This document shows positions 62,501-64,000 of a stretch of DNA of 64,000 nucleotides, piece by piece. The position numbers and the translations under genes are program-made. The stretch covers positions 1-64,000 of the forward strand of contig MCFE01000473.1 in the NCBI GenBank assembly GCA_002104905.1. The letters are read 5' to 3'. The number at the start of each line of letters is the position of its first letter. Position 1 is the stretch's first letter. Under the pieces are notes generated by a model. The model had not been told where the DNA came from, searched no databases, and worked only from the letters and a program-made list of their open reading frames with translations. Source of the DNA: Basidiobolus meristosporus CBS 931.73 (Eukaryota; Fungi; Basidiobolomycota).

Positions 62501-64000
62501 TGGAGGGCTATCTCCTGTGTCAATGGCATGATCCACATCTCTGACTGGTGGTAGGCTTACAAACTCATCTGGAAACACGTCTGAATATTTCTTCAAGAGA
62601 GTCTGGACCTGCTGGGGTGCTGGGTAGAGGAATCCTCCTGTAATACCGCCATGAGGAATATCTTGGTACCTTTTCTAAGTGCTCTACAGAACTGGGTCTT
62701 GCTAAGTTCACTTATCTCACACACACTGGAATTGACCAAGTTGAAATCCAGCATGGCAGGTAATAGCTCATAGGTCTTGTTGTCTGTTTGGATCTAAGTA
62801 GCATGGATTCTCCAGTTGATTGATGGATTACAACAAAATAGCCAGGTTTTTCCAAGTACAAGGTCAAACTTGCAGTTCCCAAATATATAAGCCTGTAGGT
62901 CTTCTTCATAGTCATTGATCTTCATTCTTACTGGCTGGGTAATACGGTTGATTATGTGGGAGTTCCCATCAGCTGGGGGAACTGAAGTTGATTTGGTAGG
63001 TTCCGAGTTGATTCCAGCTTTCAAAGCAAATTGCTCTGACATGTACTCATGCAATGCTCCTGAGTCAATCATGATCTTGGCAGGTACTCCATTGACTACT
63101 CCATTCAAGTACAATAGCTTCCCTGAGTTTGCAGTCATTTGGGACAAGTACTCTTCTGTCGTATGGAAGGTGAGTTCCAAGTCTTCTTCAAGCTCATCTT
63201 CCACATTACTGTGTGCATGGGACTCAATATGGTTGAAGGTTCTTGTTGGCTGGTGTCCATTTCTTCTCTGAGGGCAGTACTTTGCAATATGTCCCTGCTG
63301 GTGGCAATTGAAGCAAAGTCCTCTCTTCTTGCATTCTTCTGAGGAGGGATTCTTCTGCATAGCGTCTATTTCCATTGGTACTGCTTCTGATTGTCTTCTT
63401 TCATAATGATTATAGCCTTTCTGATTAGTCACTGTAGGCTTCCCAACTCCAAACATAGCTGAGTCATAGTCAATGGCAATCTTGATGGCTTCTTCAATAG
63501 TCTGAGGTCTTTGGTAATTGACTTCCTTGCAAGTTCTTTCTTTCAACCCATCAATAAGGTATTCAACTTGATCCAAGGGGTCCATTCTTTCAATTTGTCC
63601 AAGTAGATATCTGTACTCATAGATGTATTCTTGCACCATTCCTTCCTGTCTGAGTGTCTTTAACTTCCTTCTTAGTAGTGTCTGCTGGTGTGGAGGTTCA
63701 AAAGCATCCTGAATTTCCAACACAAACTCATCCTAGGTAGAGATTGTAGAGCATCCCATCATAGTAGCTGACCTGATCTTGTTGTGGTACCACTATAAAG
63801 CTGCATCTGCCAGGTAAGAAGCTGCATAATGCAACTTGCTCTCTGGAGCAATTCCTTTAGCTTTAAAAGCTTCTTCAATCTGAAAGAGCCAAGTTCCCAG
63901 GTTTTCATTGACTCTGCCATGGTACTGGTTGACCTTCACACTAAAGTTGCTCTTGACAGGGCTTTGCTGGCTCTGAGCCATGGTAGTCATTCCTTGTTGC
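59574..64000 (-). mobile_element. Ty3/gypsy G1 copy 2 (3' LTR 59574-59941; 5' end beyond the window), less decayed
   Basis: Colinear with 47087-51597; long ORF pieces (62794-63723, 61676-62596 with intact YLDD, 60851-61573, 60414-60920) separated by stops and frameshifts. Confidence 0.93.

Noticed and set aside
59574-64000. G1 copy 2 as an active element
   Set aside because: Stops and frameshifts separate the gag, RT, RNase H and integrase segments.
1-64000. tRNA or rRNA genes
   Set aside because: No cloverleaf with A/B boxes or rRNA-like conserved sequence found by eye; tRNAscan-SE and Infernal would be needed to exclude them.

Overview
Fungal-type eukaryotic DNA (short GT-AG introns with CTAAC-like branch points, a fungal HAL-type kinase); an early-diverging fungal lineage is my inference. 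The window has two halves. Positions ~1-21,000 are gene-rich and mostly CpG-containing: ribosomal protein P2, a UDP-galactose-type nucleotide-sugar transporter, ribosomal protein L26, an SPT2-like chromatin protein, an intronless MATA/SOX-type HMG-box transcription factor and a HAL/Sat4-like Ser/Thr kinase, with a few old repeat remnants between them. Positions ~21,300-64,000 contain no recognisable host gene. They are a nested block of dead transposons almost devoid of CpG: three copies of an En/Spm (CMC)-type DNA transposon with CCC-type ends, long imperfect TIRs and a divergently transcribed second ORF (one copy nested in another, 3-bp TSD); several Ty1/copia fragments and solo LTRs (5-bp TSDs); two Ty3/gypsy families (one with 4-bp TSDs and no chromodomain); and two copies of a ~1.1-kb TG..CA element with 4-bp TSDs, a variable G4-like (TAAAGGGG) array and a terminal hairpin whose loop is inverted between the copies. 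All alignments and counts were done by eye; no searches were run.
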